DNA of 63,281 nt, counting the filler, from Hausera hauseri (lineage: Eukaryota), in NCBI GenBank assembly GCA_046269625.1. It is 12 parts of 12 records of this genome, joined end to end, with 100 filler letters (N's around TTAATTAATTAA, not from the genome) between each part and the next. Parts side by side here need not be neighbours in the genome. Positions count along the whole stretch, not along the records: positions 49,134 to 53,809 come from JBJURY010479798.1; positions 53,910 to 58,777 come from JBJURY010409477.1; positions 58,878 to 63,281 come from JBJURY010598333.1; 9 more parts are not named here. One strand, 5' to 3'. The first letter of the stretch is position 1. Each line of letters opens with the position of its first letter. The notes under the pieces were generated by a model. The model ran no database searches. It saw nothing but the letters and a program-made list of their open reading frames with translations, and was not told the origin of the DNA. Positions 51,740-63,281 of the stretch are shown one piece after another. Both the position numbers and the translations under genes were made by a program.

Positions 51740-53809
51740 ATGAGACCAGAGATAGGTATCGAAGTGAACGGATACCCACTAACTGCATTAATAGATACGG
51801 GGTCCACAAATACTATAATTGGAAAGAGTCAATTACCTAAAGAACTAATAAAGAAGTTGCGAAAACCAACGGAAACTTTAATTAATATCGGAGATTTTGG
51901 TACGGAGGAGGAAATAAAAGCGGTCCTGGATGCCAAGATCAAAATATCTGACCAGACGATAAATCACACGATTAGAATAGCCAATAATCCAATTAATGAA
52001 ATACTGATTGAATGCGGTGTATTGCATCAAATAGAGAACACGTACATAGACGTAAAAACTGGTCAGCTCAAAACATTTAGCAAAGATCAATACGAATGTT
52101 TAGTTTCACTAATGGAGGATGTTATAATTCCGTCGCACTCTGAAATAGTAGTACCTGGCTGACTAGAATGTAAATCACCAATAATATATGTACATTTGAA
52201 CCATTCCCACGAATGATGGAGAAATACGACATTCTTGTCGCACCGCATGTCGATAAAATAAGAGATGGAAAATTCATTTGAGAATTTGCAATACTGGAGC
52301 TAAAGAAAAATGACTAAGAAAGAATATGAGACTTGTACAGGTAATGGCTATTGAAGAAATATCAAAGGCAACGGTCAATTCGGTTATCTCAGAGGTAGAT
52401 AAAATTTAGAAAATGATGGCGGAAAATTTGAAGAAAGAAACGAATAAAAATAAAGAAGAAAAGAGAGTCACCGGCATTAACTGGGAAGAAAAATTACGCG
52501 ACTGCAATATTTTAACTAAGAATAAAAAAGGTATGTTAATTCAGCTGCTAGAAAAGAACGGTAATCGATTCGCTCAGAATAATTATGACCTAGGAACATG
52601 CCATCAAATTAAAAGACAGGCAAAATAAATCTATAAAGAAACGACCATACAGATTAGCATACGATAAAAAGGAAGAAGCCCGAAAAATTATAAAGGAAGT
52701 GACAAAAATAAGATAATACGATCAAGTTGTTCCTCTTGGACGGCCCCAGTAGTAATGGTTAAAAAGGAAGATGGAACAATGACATTCTGTGTAGACTATA
52801 TAGAAACCGATACATATCCATTACCAAAGATTGATGAAATATTAGATAAATTACATGGCTCAACAATATGTACCACCATTGATTTACAGAAAGGGTACTG
52901 GCAGGTCGAAATAGAAGAGGAAGATAAACCGAAAACGGCTTTTTCGATAGTGAAGTATTATGGGAGTTTAATAGAATGCCGCTTGAATTAAAGAATGGGC
53001 CGCCAACTTTTCAAAGAGGAACGGAGTTATTACTTTTAGATGCACCACATGCTATGGCGTATATTGATAACACATTCATTGTATCATCAGATTTACAACA
53101 GCATTTGAAAGGCTTACAGGACCTTTTTGATAGATGTGAAATAATTGGTTTGAAAATAAATCCAAAGAAATGTACGTTTGCTCAAACCGAAGTTGACTTT
53201 CTCGGATACAGAGTCGATAGATACGGTGTGAGACCTCATGATAGGCTACTAGGCAAAATAGAAGATTTTCCAAAACCAACTACAATTAGCGAATTACGTC
53301 GATTTCTAGGACTTCCGAATTACTATTGAAGGTTTGTAAAGGATTTTAACAAGATAGCCATACCACTCTACAAGTTGCTACGTGAGGACATAGAAGAAGT
53401 ATTATGGACGAATGATTGTCAGAATGCTTTTGTGAATCTAAAACAAAGATTATTAAGTGCTCCGATTATAATTTATTCAGATATGACTAAGCCGTTCATA
53501 TTAACAACCAATTCCAGTGACTATGGAGTTGGAGCAGTATTGTCACAAAAAGATGAAGATGGCAAAGAACATCCGATTGCATATGCGTCAAGAAAGTTAA
53601 ACAAACACCAAAGGAAATACTCTGTTATCGAAAAAGAGCTATTAGCAGTAATCGTTGCTCTAGAGGTGTTCTCACCTTATATTAGCGAAAATAAACCTTT
53701 AGTAATATATACCGACCACCGGCCGTTACAGTGGCTGAAAAAGCATGAGAATCTTAGCAGTAGGTTATTACGATGGGCTTTAAAACTCCCGCCATATACA
53801 TTAGATTTC
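51740..53809 (+). mobile_element. Gypsy pol (protease, RT, RNase H), decayed
   Basis: ALIDTGS; SSWTAPVVMVKK; DLQKGYWQV; YID(N); RRFLGL; NSSDYGVGAVLSQ; YSVIEKELLA; TDHRPL; RLLRWAL. Confidence 0.93.
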
Positions 53810-54227
53810 NNNNNNNNNNNNNNNNNNNNNNNNNNNNNNNNNNNNNNNNNNNNTTAATTAATTAANNNNNNNNNNNNNNNNNNNNNNNNNNNNNNNNNNN
53901 NNNNNNNNNATAATAGAATTAAAAAGATATTCTAGAAAAAGAATTATTATGAATCAGACCCTATTATTGTCAACTAACCTAATTTGCTTAATAGGTTGTG
54001 GTGTGGAGTGGACCGTCGACGCTAAGGATATGAAAAGCTTTAAATGTCAATATGCAAAAATACACACATATAGAAATGCAACACCATGCAACACTAAACA
54101 ATTACAACCAATAAATAAACATCAACTAAGAAAGCCAATAATAATAAACAATACAAACACCTACACTAAAGACGGGCTATTAAAAACAACCCGTAGTATG
54201 ATAATACTTCTTTTCAGTCAAATTCCA

Positions 54228-56312
54228 ATGTCCGACAGATTTCTTCAATCAAAAATGATCAAGGCAGACGTAGATCTGGACGCAACATCAGAGTCAGATT
54301 CAGATACTTCAATCGACACAGTGATCCTAAATCCTAAAAGGAAAGTGCTTCCATCAACACATTTCACCTTTTCAAATCCAACTCAAGGAGTACAGTTTCA
54401 AAGAGAAATTTGTAGCAATAATATACGTAAATCAATATCAATCTCAAATGAAATAACCAAATCGCGACTTCAATCAATGGTAGAAGTAAGAAAACCTGCT
54501 CCATCTTACAACGATATATCTCCCATGAAAAGAGATGAAATTATGCTCAATTTGCAAGAATTAATCAGTGAACAGGAAACTCTATGGCCATGGGACGCAG
54601 TAGCAAAAAAGTATGTGAAGATATTACATGGGACTAATAATCATCTACCCCTTGGATTTTACAAAACTATTAAAAACATGATGGAAGAAACAAATGAAAT
54701 TTTTTATCCAGAGGCAAGAATGATTGATAATGCTCTAAAAGTTACCACTACCGAAGAAAGAATGTTCCGTATCATAAAATTACTGACACCAGTCTATAAC
54801 GAAAATCTACTGAACACGCTTAAATATTCAGCGGTATCGAACTGTAGTAAAATAATCGTGCATTTGATCCAAGGACAGATACAATTACGAGCAGAGAAGG
54901 AATCATTTGTCTCGAATCAATTCCCTTATCTATTACAAGCCTATACCACAATGGAAATGCAAAATACTATTGTTAAACACTCAATTTATTTCCGTACAGC
55001 AACAGTTCCTACTATAATAGCAATAGAGATCTGTCAAAAGTTCAATTTGTATAGAAATTTGGAACCGCCAATGTTCTACAAAACCCCACAAGGGAAGATA
55101 GTTCAAAATTTTCAGCTAACAAAAGCTGACAATTATCGTTATTTAGCCACCTCTTTGGCCTATTCAACAAGAGGTAAAATGCTTCCAGTAGAAATCATCA
55201 TAGCCGATAAAACAGGGTTGATTATTTATCATGATTATGTGAATCCTAGAATGAAGATAGATAATACCAACGAGCACTATCATGGGCTTAATAAACAAAT
55301 ACTAAGTCAATCAACGGATGAAGAGGAAGTTAGATATGAAGTCATGAAGTACTTATTTGGGCACATTGTAATTAGTGTAAACACCATTGCAATCCTGCAA
55401 GCCCTACAGATACCTTTTGATATATTACACGGTATCATAGATTTATTTGCAGCAAAAAACTCGCTGAATCGATATCAGGATGCCAATGAAAAAATATGTC
55501 TTAGTAAACTACCAACGGTTTACGGATTCAACCAAGACTTTCCTAAGAACGCGGAATCCATAATAAGTATGGTCGTAAATATTCATAAATTAGTCTCAGA
55601 ATCCTGCACTAACGAAACCTGGATGATGGATTGGGAACCTCCTCCCAATAATCTAATCCATAATGGATCTTTTCATCTCATTGATGATAAATATCATAAC
55701 AACTACGTGGAAGAAAAGTCAGAAAGTAACGCTCCAACAGTTGCTCAATGCATTAAAGATTATGTAATAAGAAACCAGCAAAAGAAAAACCAAACCACAG
55801 ATCAAGTCCAACAACAAGGGATTAGATTATCCTTAATCCTGTACGAAAATGAATTTAGAATAATCAATGTTAGATTTTTACACCAACCCACAGTCCAGAT
55901 AAACAAGGATCAATGTATATTAACTAATTACAATCTTGGACGATTGGTTGGACTAGTATTTAAGCATGCTAATCAAAGCACGCTACACCTATGTACCATA
56001 GGTATAGAATATGAAATTATTAGGGAATTGAATCATGATCTTATAAAAAATATCCAACCAATATTTCTACAATTGGAACCTAAACCACTTCCTAAACCAA
56101 GGAGTGGTAAGCCACTGATCTGTACATATAACCTCAAAATGTTGCTATACCTTAATTGTGAAGAATACGTATTAGAAAATCTGTACAACATGACAGCAAA
56201 TCAGGAGCTAAACCAAACTCCTATTCAGACGAACCAAGTCATAATCCAGTTAACTCACAAGTCAGCAGAACAATATCCAACACCAAACCCAACCAGTTCC
56301 AGTCAAGGATAA
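54228..56312 (+). CDS. LTR-element 3' accessory protein with inactive REX4/ISG20-like DEDDh fold (open frame)
   Basis: ATG follows acceptor cttcttttcag (54217). PVEIIIADKTGLIIYHDYVNPRMKIDN..HYHGL...LFGHIVI...GIIDL; DxE reads ATSL. Paralogous to 7104-9086. Confidence 0.7.
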   Translation: MSDRFLQSKMIKADVDLDATSESDSDTSIDTVILNPKRKVLPSTHFTFSNPTQGVQFQREICSNNIRKSISISNEITKSRLQSMVEVRKPAPSYNDISPMKRDEIMLNLQELISEQETLWPWDAVAKKYVKILHGTNNHLPLGFYKTIKNMMEETNEIFYPEARMIDNALKVTTTEERMFRIIKLLTPVYNENLLNTLKYSAVSNCSKIIVHLIQGQIQLRAEKESFVSNQFPYLLQAYTTMEMQNTIVKHSIYFRTATVPTIIAIEICQKFNLYRNLEPPMFYKTPQGKIVQNFQLTKADNYRYLATSLAYSTRGKMLPVEIIIADKTGLIIYHDYVNPRMKIDNTNEHYHGLNKQILSQSTDEEEVRYEVMKYLFGHIVISVNTIAILQALQIPFDILHGIIDLFAAKNSLNRYQDANEKICLSKLPTVYGFNQDFPKNAESIISMVVNIHKLVSESCTNETWMMDWEPPPNNLIHNGSFHLIDDKYHNNYVEEKSESNAPTVAQCIKDYVIRNQQKKNQTTDQVQQQGIRLSLILYENEFRIINVRFLHQPTVQINKDQCILTNYNLGRLVGLVFKHANQSTLHLCTIGIEYEIIRELNHDLIKNIQPIFLQLEPKPLPKPRSGKPLICTYNLKMLLYLNCEEYVLENLYNMTANQELNQTPIQTNQVIIQLTHKSAEQYPTPNPTSSSQG

Positions 56313-56479
56313 CTACGAACACTTCCACTAACAATTAGTGACAATTTTGTGATCATCTTACTTGGTTTAAACAATGCTTTATATATTTTTTTGCTTTCTG
56401 ATTTGTATATTCTGTTTTATTTCACGTGTAAATATTAACCTTGTTGGAGTTATTTAAATTTCTTGACCAAATTTCATTT

Positions 56480-56494
56480 AAGGGGGGGGGAAGA
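56480..56494 (+). promoter_or_regulatory. Polypurine tract followed by LTR start (TGTTG at 56495)
   Basis: AAGGGGGGGGGAAGA|TGTTGG. Confidence 0.85.
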
Positions 56495-57855
56495 TGTTGG
56501 AGTAGCAGTGTAAGAAGCAGCCTTGTATTGATTTTTTCAATAAGAAAAAACTACGTTAAACATATGTAAGTAGTTGTGAATCTACTGTGCGTTGCACCAA
56601 ATGATTCTGATATTTTTTCGATCGCATATTGTAATTTCTATATCGGCTAAACTGTTGTTAATCAAAGATAACTGTGATAACATTGAAGTTGCAGTGTGAT
56701 TTTGGTTATAGTGTAATTGTTAAAGTTGCAGTATGATTTTTAGTAATTCAACTTGAATCAACTAATTAGTTTGTCACCAAAAGAAGTAACGATTAAATTG
56801 TAATATTGATGCATAGTCAGTTTTGTTAATAAGTATAGTGATTGATGATTTTACGATATACAGTTTAAATTAGGTTTTATGCAATTGCTTTACAATGCTG
56901 ATAGTTTTGTGTAAGAAAAGTATAATAGATTAGTGCAGTTGAACGATTTTAAAATGTAAATTTACTTAAGAAAGTATAAAATAATTAATCAGTTTGTTAC
57001 TAAAAAGGGTAACTACTACCCACATTAAATTAAATTAAGTAACTGTAACCTACGGGATAATAATGAAGTTTTAAGGTAACAACTACCTACAACAATTGTC
57101 TAAAATTAGTAAAAAGGGACCTACAAATGTAAAGTTAAAATAGTAAACCACACCTACTAAATAAAGTCGGGTATAAAAGTAAACAGTAAATCGTCAAAAA
57201 TCGCCCTCAAATCATTGCGGTTAAATTCCGAAGTTGAGATAGCCAAATTTTTGATCCAACAAGGTTGGTAAAGTATCTTTGTTATTCTATTGTGTTTATA
57301 TTTTTCTTTATTTCGTGATTGGTGTTATAATAAAAAATACAATTGTTATTTTTAACCTTCTTCTATAACTATCAAAATCTATTCCGCTAAAATAACGCGA
57401 CGTGGCACCTGAAACACAAGTAAGGTACGCCATTAACACACCAATTAATCTAAAATTCTAAACCTTAGGGTCAAATAACTCTTTCTTCAATTAAAATTAT
57501 CTCATTTGAGAACTTAAACTCTTTAAACAAGGGAATTGTACAACGACAATTGCCAATTGAATCACAATAGTATTAAATGTGCATTGCGGCGTTTTTGAAA
57601 CGTTTGAAAATCAGAATTGAATATTTAATTTGGAGTTACCAGGAAAGACTGGAATTCTTTTTCGCTAGAAACGCAATCAATAAAGAATTGCAACATCAGC
57701 AGACATTAAAACTACAACAAGAAACGTTAAAATCACAACAAGAAGTTATTAACCTACAAAAGAGTAAGAAAAGGAAACTATTTTCCTTCAAAAGAGACAA
57801 GAATCCGAAGTTTTAAATTGTAAAGCATTTGAAATTTTGGACACTGAACCAACAT
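56495..57855 (+). repeat. Putative 3' LTR interrupted by a mariner
   Basis: Starts TG after the PPT, has short internal repeats (aagttgcagt twice), TATAAAA near 57172, splice donors and a small ORF at 57577-57816. Confidence 0.5.
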
Positions 57856-57859
57856 ATAT

Positions 57860-58777
57860 AAGGGTGAGATGAAAAATTCGGTAAACGCCATCTATTAGGA
57901 AGCTTTAGAACCAAGCCTACTAGTGTATGTTGACAATTCATCTTTCATAAGAGCACATGTAAAATTTCACGTCATTCTGTCAAGTAGTTTGTTTTACACA
58001 GCTGTTTGAATCAAAGTGTTTCAATGTTTTTTTAAATGGAAAAAAATTAAATATCGTGCTGTTATTAAATACTTTGTTAAAAAGGTTTATCGGCAACAGA
58101 TATTCATGTAGACATGAAAAAAACTTTACGTGACTCTTCTCCATCTTTTAAAACGGTGTCCAAGAGGACGATCCTCGCAGAGGACTCCCAAAAAGTGCTA
58201 CAACTGACGAAAATATAGAAAAAATCCATGATGTGGTTTTGGAAAATCTTTGTTTGAAACGGATTGAAATAGCTGAGACCACAGACATTTCGAAAGAATG
58301 AGTGGATCATATTTTAAATGAAGAATTAGGCATGAGAAAGCTAGTCACAAGATAGATGCCGCGTTTACTAACTACTGGTAAAAATGTGTTCGTGTACAAA
58401 ATTCTACTCAATGTATGGAGTGTTTTAAGAAGAATAAAACTGATTTTTGTACAGATTTGTAACCACATATAAAACTTGGGTTCACCATTATACGCCAAAA
58501 ACAAAACAACAGTCAAAACAATGGACGGAACCTGGTTATTCTGCACCAAAGAAGGCAAAAATAGTTTTATCCGCTGGAAAGGTTATGGTATCAGTTTTCT
58601 GGGATAGCAAAGGTATAATCACGATTGATTATCTTCCAAAAGGCCGAACAATAAATGTTGCATACTATGATGACCTTTCGGATAAATTAAACCAAAGAAC
58701 TCCTGAAAAAAGACAAGGTTTAGCAAAGAAAAAAAATCATTTGTCACCATGATAATGCTCCTGCGCATATAAGTCTT
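57860..58777 (+). mobile_element. Mariner transposon (irritans-like), decayed
   Basis: KYRAVIKY, WVHHYTPKTKQQSKQW, SAGKVMVSVFWDSKG, HHDNAPAH, and a TA-flanked TIR-like start. Confidence 0.9.
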
Positions 58778-59674
58778 NNNNNNNNNNNNNNNNNNNNNNN
58801 NNNNNNNNNNNNNNNNNNNNNTTAATTAATTAANNNNNNNNNNNNNNNNNNNNNNNNNNNNNNNNNNNNNNNNNNNNTTTCGTTTCCAGACAGTCGCCCT
58901 GCAGAAAGTCGCCATTAGAAACTTTTTCTATTTGTTGGACAGGTTCTGTTTTCGTTTCCAGCAGTTTAACATTAGAATTGCCATTTTTGTAGCCAAACAA
59001 CCACGACCAATCTGAACTTTCATCATTCTTACAATCATCATCATTAAGTAGAATCGTTTTATCGTCGTTTTTCATGGCAGTAATGTCTGAATGAGCATGT
59101 AATGGTATTTATAGTTTGTTGTGCAATGTACATTATTTTGATTCACTAAAACATTTATGTGGTTTTTAATTTTAATAATAATCGTTTCATAGTCCACTGG
59201 CCGAATACAGAGTACAACAGCTTTTGCACTGCTAAGCACACTCACACAAAGTGGGCGAAACTACGTAAGTCAAGTGCAGGAAACAGTTCGAATTAATACA
59301 TACATTTAGTGGCCATTGCTCCTTTATACAGATTGATTGTTTGGTAGTTTAACTGAATCGTTACTGTTGTAGTTTGAATTTAATCAATGACAATTCCGAA
59401 TGGTAGTAGTTTACTGTTGTCAGCTTTGACTGGTTTACGACAACCCATAAAACGACACTTTCCCAATTGAAATATGATGCATGTAAAATCCGGTGGACAC
59501 TTGAGTACATACTGCCTCGGCTTCTATTCATTAATGTCACACTCGGTAACATGTCCGCGAGTGTTGATATTATCTAACATTATGGAAACAGTGTTTATAC
59601 TATAGCTATTTATATGTGCGTGTAACACGATTATAAACAAATCTTGTGGTAAGGAAAGGTTGTATTATTACTAG

Positions 59675-60310
59675 ATGAAGCTGCAGAATGATGCAATGTT
59701 CCAGATTTTAGGCCCCAGTAGAAGTGGCAAAACATACTTTATGTGTAAACTATTGCATAATTACAAAGCCGTGTTTCATTCACCGCGGCACAATCGCATT
59801 TATTTGCATCAGGGTATTGGTGATGGTAAGTCCGGTTTGATGCATCGGGAATTTTGTAAATTAAAATCGATAACGGTAATTGATGGGTTTGATGAGAACT
59901 GGTCCGGACGATTACACAATGGTGACGTTATTGTCATTGTCGATTTATTTCAAGAGGCAACGAAACAATCGGACTTCAACAATCTGTTTACGAAGATTGA
60001 GGACACCGTTGTGTGACGGTTATTTTCAATACGCAAAACATATGCCATCACGGCGGACAGCATCGAACAAGAAATCTAAACGTACACTATTTGGTGTTGT
60101 TCAAAAATCTCCGTGATCAGGTTCTCATTGATCATTTTGCACGACAAGCATTTCCTTACAACCCAGCCTACTTGATAAATGCATATTACGATGTTACGAC
60201 CCAGCCACAAGGATACTTGTTCATCGACTTTATACAACAGTGTCCGATAACACGCGCGTACAAACAAACATTTTCAATCAGAAGGGTGGTGTATGTGTCT
60301 ATAAACAAAT
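59675..60310 (+). pseudogene. Polinton packaging ATPase
   Basis: Walker A GPSRSGKT, VIVIVDL, LFTK, QN..HHGGQHRTRNLN; frameshifted near 60000. Confidence 0.9.
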
Positions 60311-60496
60311 TCGAAAATCGACAAAATGATTGTGATAAAATGAAGAATTTCCGAAAAATAATTGTTAAACGTAAACCTACCAAGGGCTGGCTGGCGGCAA
60401 GAAACGAGTATCAAAACGAACCGCTACAGTCAAGCGATTAATCAATTCTGTGCTTCGAACAAAAATAGGAGCAGCTAGACGCATATTACCGTCACG

Positions 60497-60838
60497 GTGG
60501 CAACGCTTATAAACAAATACGTCTCATCAGCATCAATACGTCCAAAAATGAGATTGAAACGTTGTCAGCCGTACTTTAGTGCTTTGCTCAAGGCACCTAC
60601 GAGACATAAGCGAAACATTCTGCGATCATTACCACAGTTTGTAGTAGACGATTTGATGGAAATTTTATACAATATCGTTGTGGGTCACGTTGACATTGGT
60701 AGTGGAAAGCGGAATTTACTAAAGTATCGAAAACGACTAACTGGCCTTGCTAAGTCTCGTAGTAAACAACTGAAACGGGAAGTCATGTACCAGCAAGACG
60801 GTGGATTCCTTGGTGCAATTCTACCGGTTGTCATGTAA
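60497..60838 (+). CDS. Polinton small virion/core-like protein
   Basis: Lies between ATPase and integrase and ends QQDGGFLGAILP, the typical Polinton GG-hydrophobic motif. Confidence 0.6.
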   Translation: MATLINKYVSSASIRPKMRLKRCQPYFSALLKAPTRHKRNILRSLPQFVVDDLMEILYNIVVGHVDIGSGKRNLLKYRKRLTGLAKSRSKQLKREVMYQQDGGFLGAILPVVM

Positions 60839-61015
60839 TTACTGGGTAGACTCATTGGTTCTACAGAATAGTATAAACAATGACGGTACGTGTATGATTA
60901 TTCGGCGATATGGGTGCATGATTATCATCATTTTGCCCCAGTTTACCGAATCTTTCATTTGCGTTTCGTTTTAATTGCTATAATGCTAACAAATACTACA
61001 TCATCGATAACAACG

Positions 61016-61870
61016 ATGGGCGACGTGTGGTTCGATCCGCGTCATCCCGTCGGGTATACTGGCGTCAATAAACTGGCAAAGACTGTCAAACAGACTTGGC
61101 AACCGACCCAACGTTGGCTCGGAAAACAGTTAGCATACAGTCTAAACAAACCGATAAGAAGGCGGTTTCCAACTCGTGCATACCGTGCTGCCGTCGTAAA
61201 TAACGTTTGGCAAATGGATCTGATGGAAATGATTCCGTACGCCAGCATCAAAGATAAGTAGCGGTATGTGCAGACATGCGTTGATGTGTTTAGTCGTTTT
61301 GCACGTGCAATTGTCGTGAAATCTAAATCCGGTAAAGAGATTGCCGACGCTGCCCAGACATTGATACAATAACAACAACCGAAGCATTTACAAACGGATT
61401 TGTGTAAGGAATTCTACAACGCCGACGTTTCAGCGCTCTTGAAACGGTTGGACGTAGACCACTACTCGGTGTTTTCCCAATACAAGGCTGCACTCATTGA
61501 ACAATTTAATCAAACTCTATATAGTTGATTAAACAAATTCTTTACGAAGCAAGGCAACAAACACTGGGTAGTTGTACTGCCGGATATTATTCATGCATAC
61601 AATCATTCAACACATCGTAACATCAATGGATTACGACCGGTTGACGTAATCGATGATTTGGACATGTGGTTTTATCAAAACCAACGAGGACGACCAATTA
61701 AACGCTCAAAATATAAAATCAGTGATTACGTGCGCATTTCGAAAATAAGTACGATGTCATTCTTTAAGAATTTCAATAAGAACTGGAGCGACGATGTTTT
61801 TTGCATTTAGGCAATTAACACAAAACAAACACTTGTCATGCGGTGACATTGAAAGGTAGTATGAAAATAA
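61016..61870 (+). pseudogene. Polinton retroviral-like integrase
   Basis: FDPRHPVGYTG, RRRFPTR, WQMDL, VDVFSRFA, LQTD..KEFYN, KAALIEQFNQTL, YNHSTH, DYVRISK, NWSD. Confidence 0.9.
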
Positions 61871-61899
61871 CGTACAACAAGACTGTTACTAAAACCAAA

Positions 61900-62746
61900 A
61901 CACATTCTTGTCCTCTGACACTTAATCGCAATAAAATAACAGTTGAAGAATCGGCCATTTGCACGCCCGGTAAAAATTACGGTGTTTTTTATTTTAGGGG
62001 AATACTTATATTTTATGGCAGATTTTGAATTTTCTGCTACTCTGAGTCCCTTAAGATGGCACAGAAATTTGGACTCAAAAATGCAGAGTACAGAGGTACA
62101 AATATTAAAAGTTAAAATACAGTTGCTACTAGATTAAGTCCCGTATATTACCAGACAACGGTGAAATTTACCTATACAACAGAAAGGGTATCAACGTCAT
62201 GCGTATCGATTGGCGACAATGTCTATTGTGAATCTTCAGCACAGCTCTGTCAACACTTTTCAAATCAAAAGTACAAGGCGATATTTAAAGTTTTGGAGTC
62301 AGAGACAAATGGGTATATTAAATTTTAACTGGTTAAGGATATTGTTGACATTTTATTGGACAAAGCTTTGGCCATGGTATAGAGTTTTGAAAAACAGCGG
62401 TTTGAGCATCGAAGACGGCGGCGGCGGCACATGTTGCAACACTCAAACCCAAACTGAAAACGGGATGTACATTTAAGTGAATGTTACTGAACCGATTTTT
62501 GTTGGTGGAGTACGTGTACCGCTACTTCGTGCAATTTATCCGGAAAGCAGCAAGTATACTGCTGGCAACAATGTCACTGTCAAACTCGATAATCCAATGT
62601 ACCTACCTGTGGCATCTATATCTATAAACAATGTTGAAGTCAGTATCCGATGTGATACGGGCTACCTTATTGAATTTCCGTACGGTACCACAACCAGTCT
62701 AACTCTTCATTTCCGTCGGATCCAACAACAACAACAACATGATTGA
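61900..62746 (+). pseudogene. Polinton minor capsid (penton) protein
   Basis: C-terminus PLLRAI...NPMYLPV...IN.VEVSIR.DTG..I.F..GTTTSLTLHFRR. Confidence 0.75.
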
Positions 62747-63103
62747 TTCCCAAATCGTTTTCATTTACAGTATGCCCCAGCAGGGTGGTGAACTGTCGTA
62801 TTTCGTTGGTAAACAGTATGGCTCTAGATGGTTGCGTACATTGGCACGTTTAGCATTTCCGGTGTTAAAGCGTATCGGTGCCGTGGCAGCAAAAACAGCA
62901 TAGGACGTACTATATGAAAACAAATCGATTTGAACATCGCTGAAGGAACACGCCCTGTCGGAAATAAAAAGTTCTGCACCGGGAGTCGTTGAGTCAGTCA
63001 AAAAACGATTCGTTGGCAGTGGCTTGATGAGAAAACGTGGACGTGGTAGATCAGCTAGCTTTTCAACTATAAGCAATCGTCGTCGTCATACGATTTTCGA
63101 TTG
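62739..63103 (+). pseudogene. Polinton core protein (pVII/pX-like)
   Basis: QQGG...QYGSRWLRTLARLAFPVLKRIG...GSG...RKRGRGR..RRRR basic tail; has internal stops. Confidence 0.6.
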
Positions 63104-63139
63104 ATTGATTGATTGATTGACAGACAGACAGACAAACAA

Positions 63140-63281
63140 ATGGCATTTGCAAAATCTGAATTGTGTATATTTGACAAAGCAGAGCAACAAGTTGTTATCT
63201 ACAATGCAGCATTTGAAATCTACACCGTTGATTCGGTTTCAAAGGACGATAACATTGACATTCAATTCAACACTATGACAT
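63140..63281 (+). CDS. Polinton/adintovirus major capsid protein, N-terminus (runs off window)
   Basis: MAFAKSELCIFDKAEQQVVI matches the KSELDLF..P.TQ..I start of Polinton capsids, in the expected position. Confidence 0.7.
   Translation, partial: MAFAKSELCIFDKAEQQVVIYNAAFEIYTVDSVSKDDNIDIQFNTMT

Noticed and set aside
49134-57855. One continuous giant element from the Bcl-2/env/pol contig into the exonuclease/LTR contig
   Set aside because: A linker at 53810-53909 separates them and the integrase is missing. The adjacency looks plausible but is not evidence of linkage.
3956-58877. Regularly spaced TTAATTAATTAA palindromes within N runs as a repeat array or CRISPR
   Set aside because: They are identical 100-nt artificial spacers joining contigs, not biological sequence.

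Overview
This window is not one locus. It is 12 short contigs (about 4-11 kb) from an AT-rich animal genome, joined by artificial 100-nt N-linkers containing TTAATTAATTAA, so no synteny can be read across linkers. Introns of about 45 nt and the element types suggest a planarian-like invertebrate (inference). The content is mostly decayed mobile DNA: BEL/Pao, CsRn1-like Gypsy (2 copies), hATm-like transposons (2), Tc1/mariner (3) and two Polinton/adintovirus fragments. Host genes are the 5' part of COQ5, an intact ATG10 and an NDUFS7 pseudogene. The most interesting signal is a set of fragments of complex, virus-like Gypsy elements. (i) One has a Bcl-2/Bax-like domain in frame with a chuvirus-type envelope glycoprotein placed upstream of protease-RT-RNaseH. 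(ii) Four divergent copies of a 3' accessory gene encode a shared unknown domain plus a catalytically dead REX4/ISG20-like DEDDh fold. Three of them are preceded by a splice acceptor and followed by a PPT and a TG LTR start, and two have an FN3+TM membrane-protein gene just upstream. (iii) LTR regions carry TATA boxes, splice donors and, in one case, an intronless SLC6 fragment. From memory this resembles the giant Burro Gypsy elements of planarians, so novelty must be checked against them.
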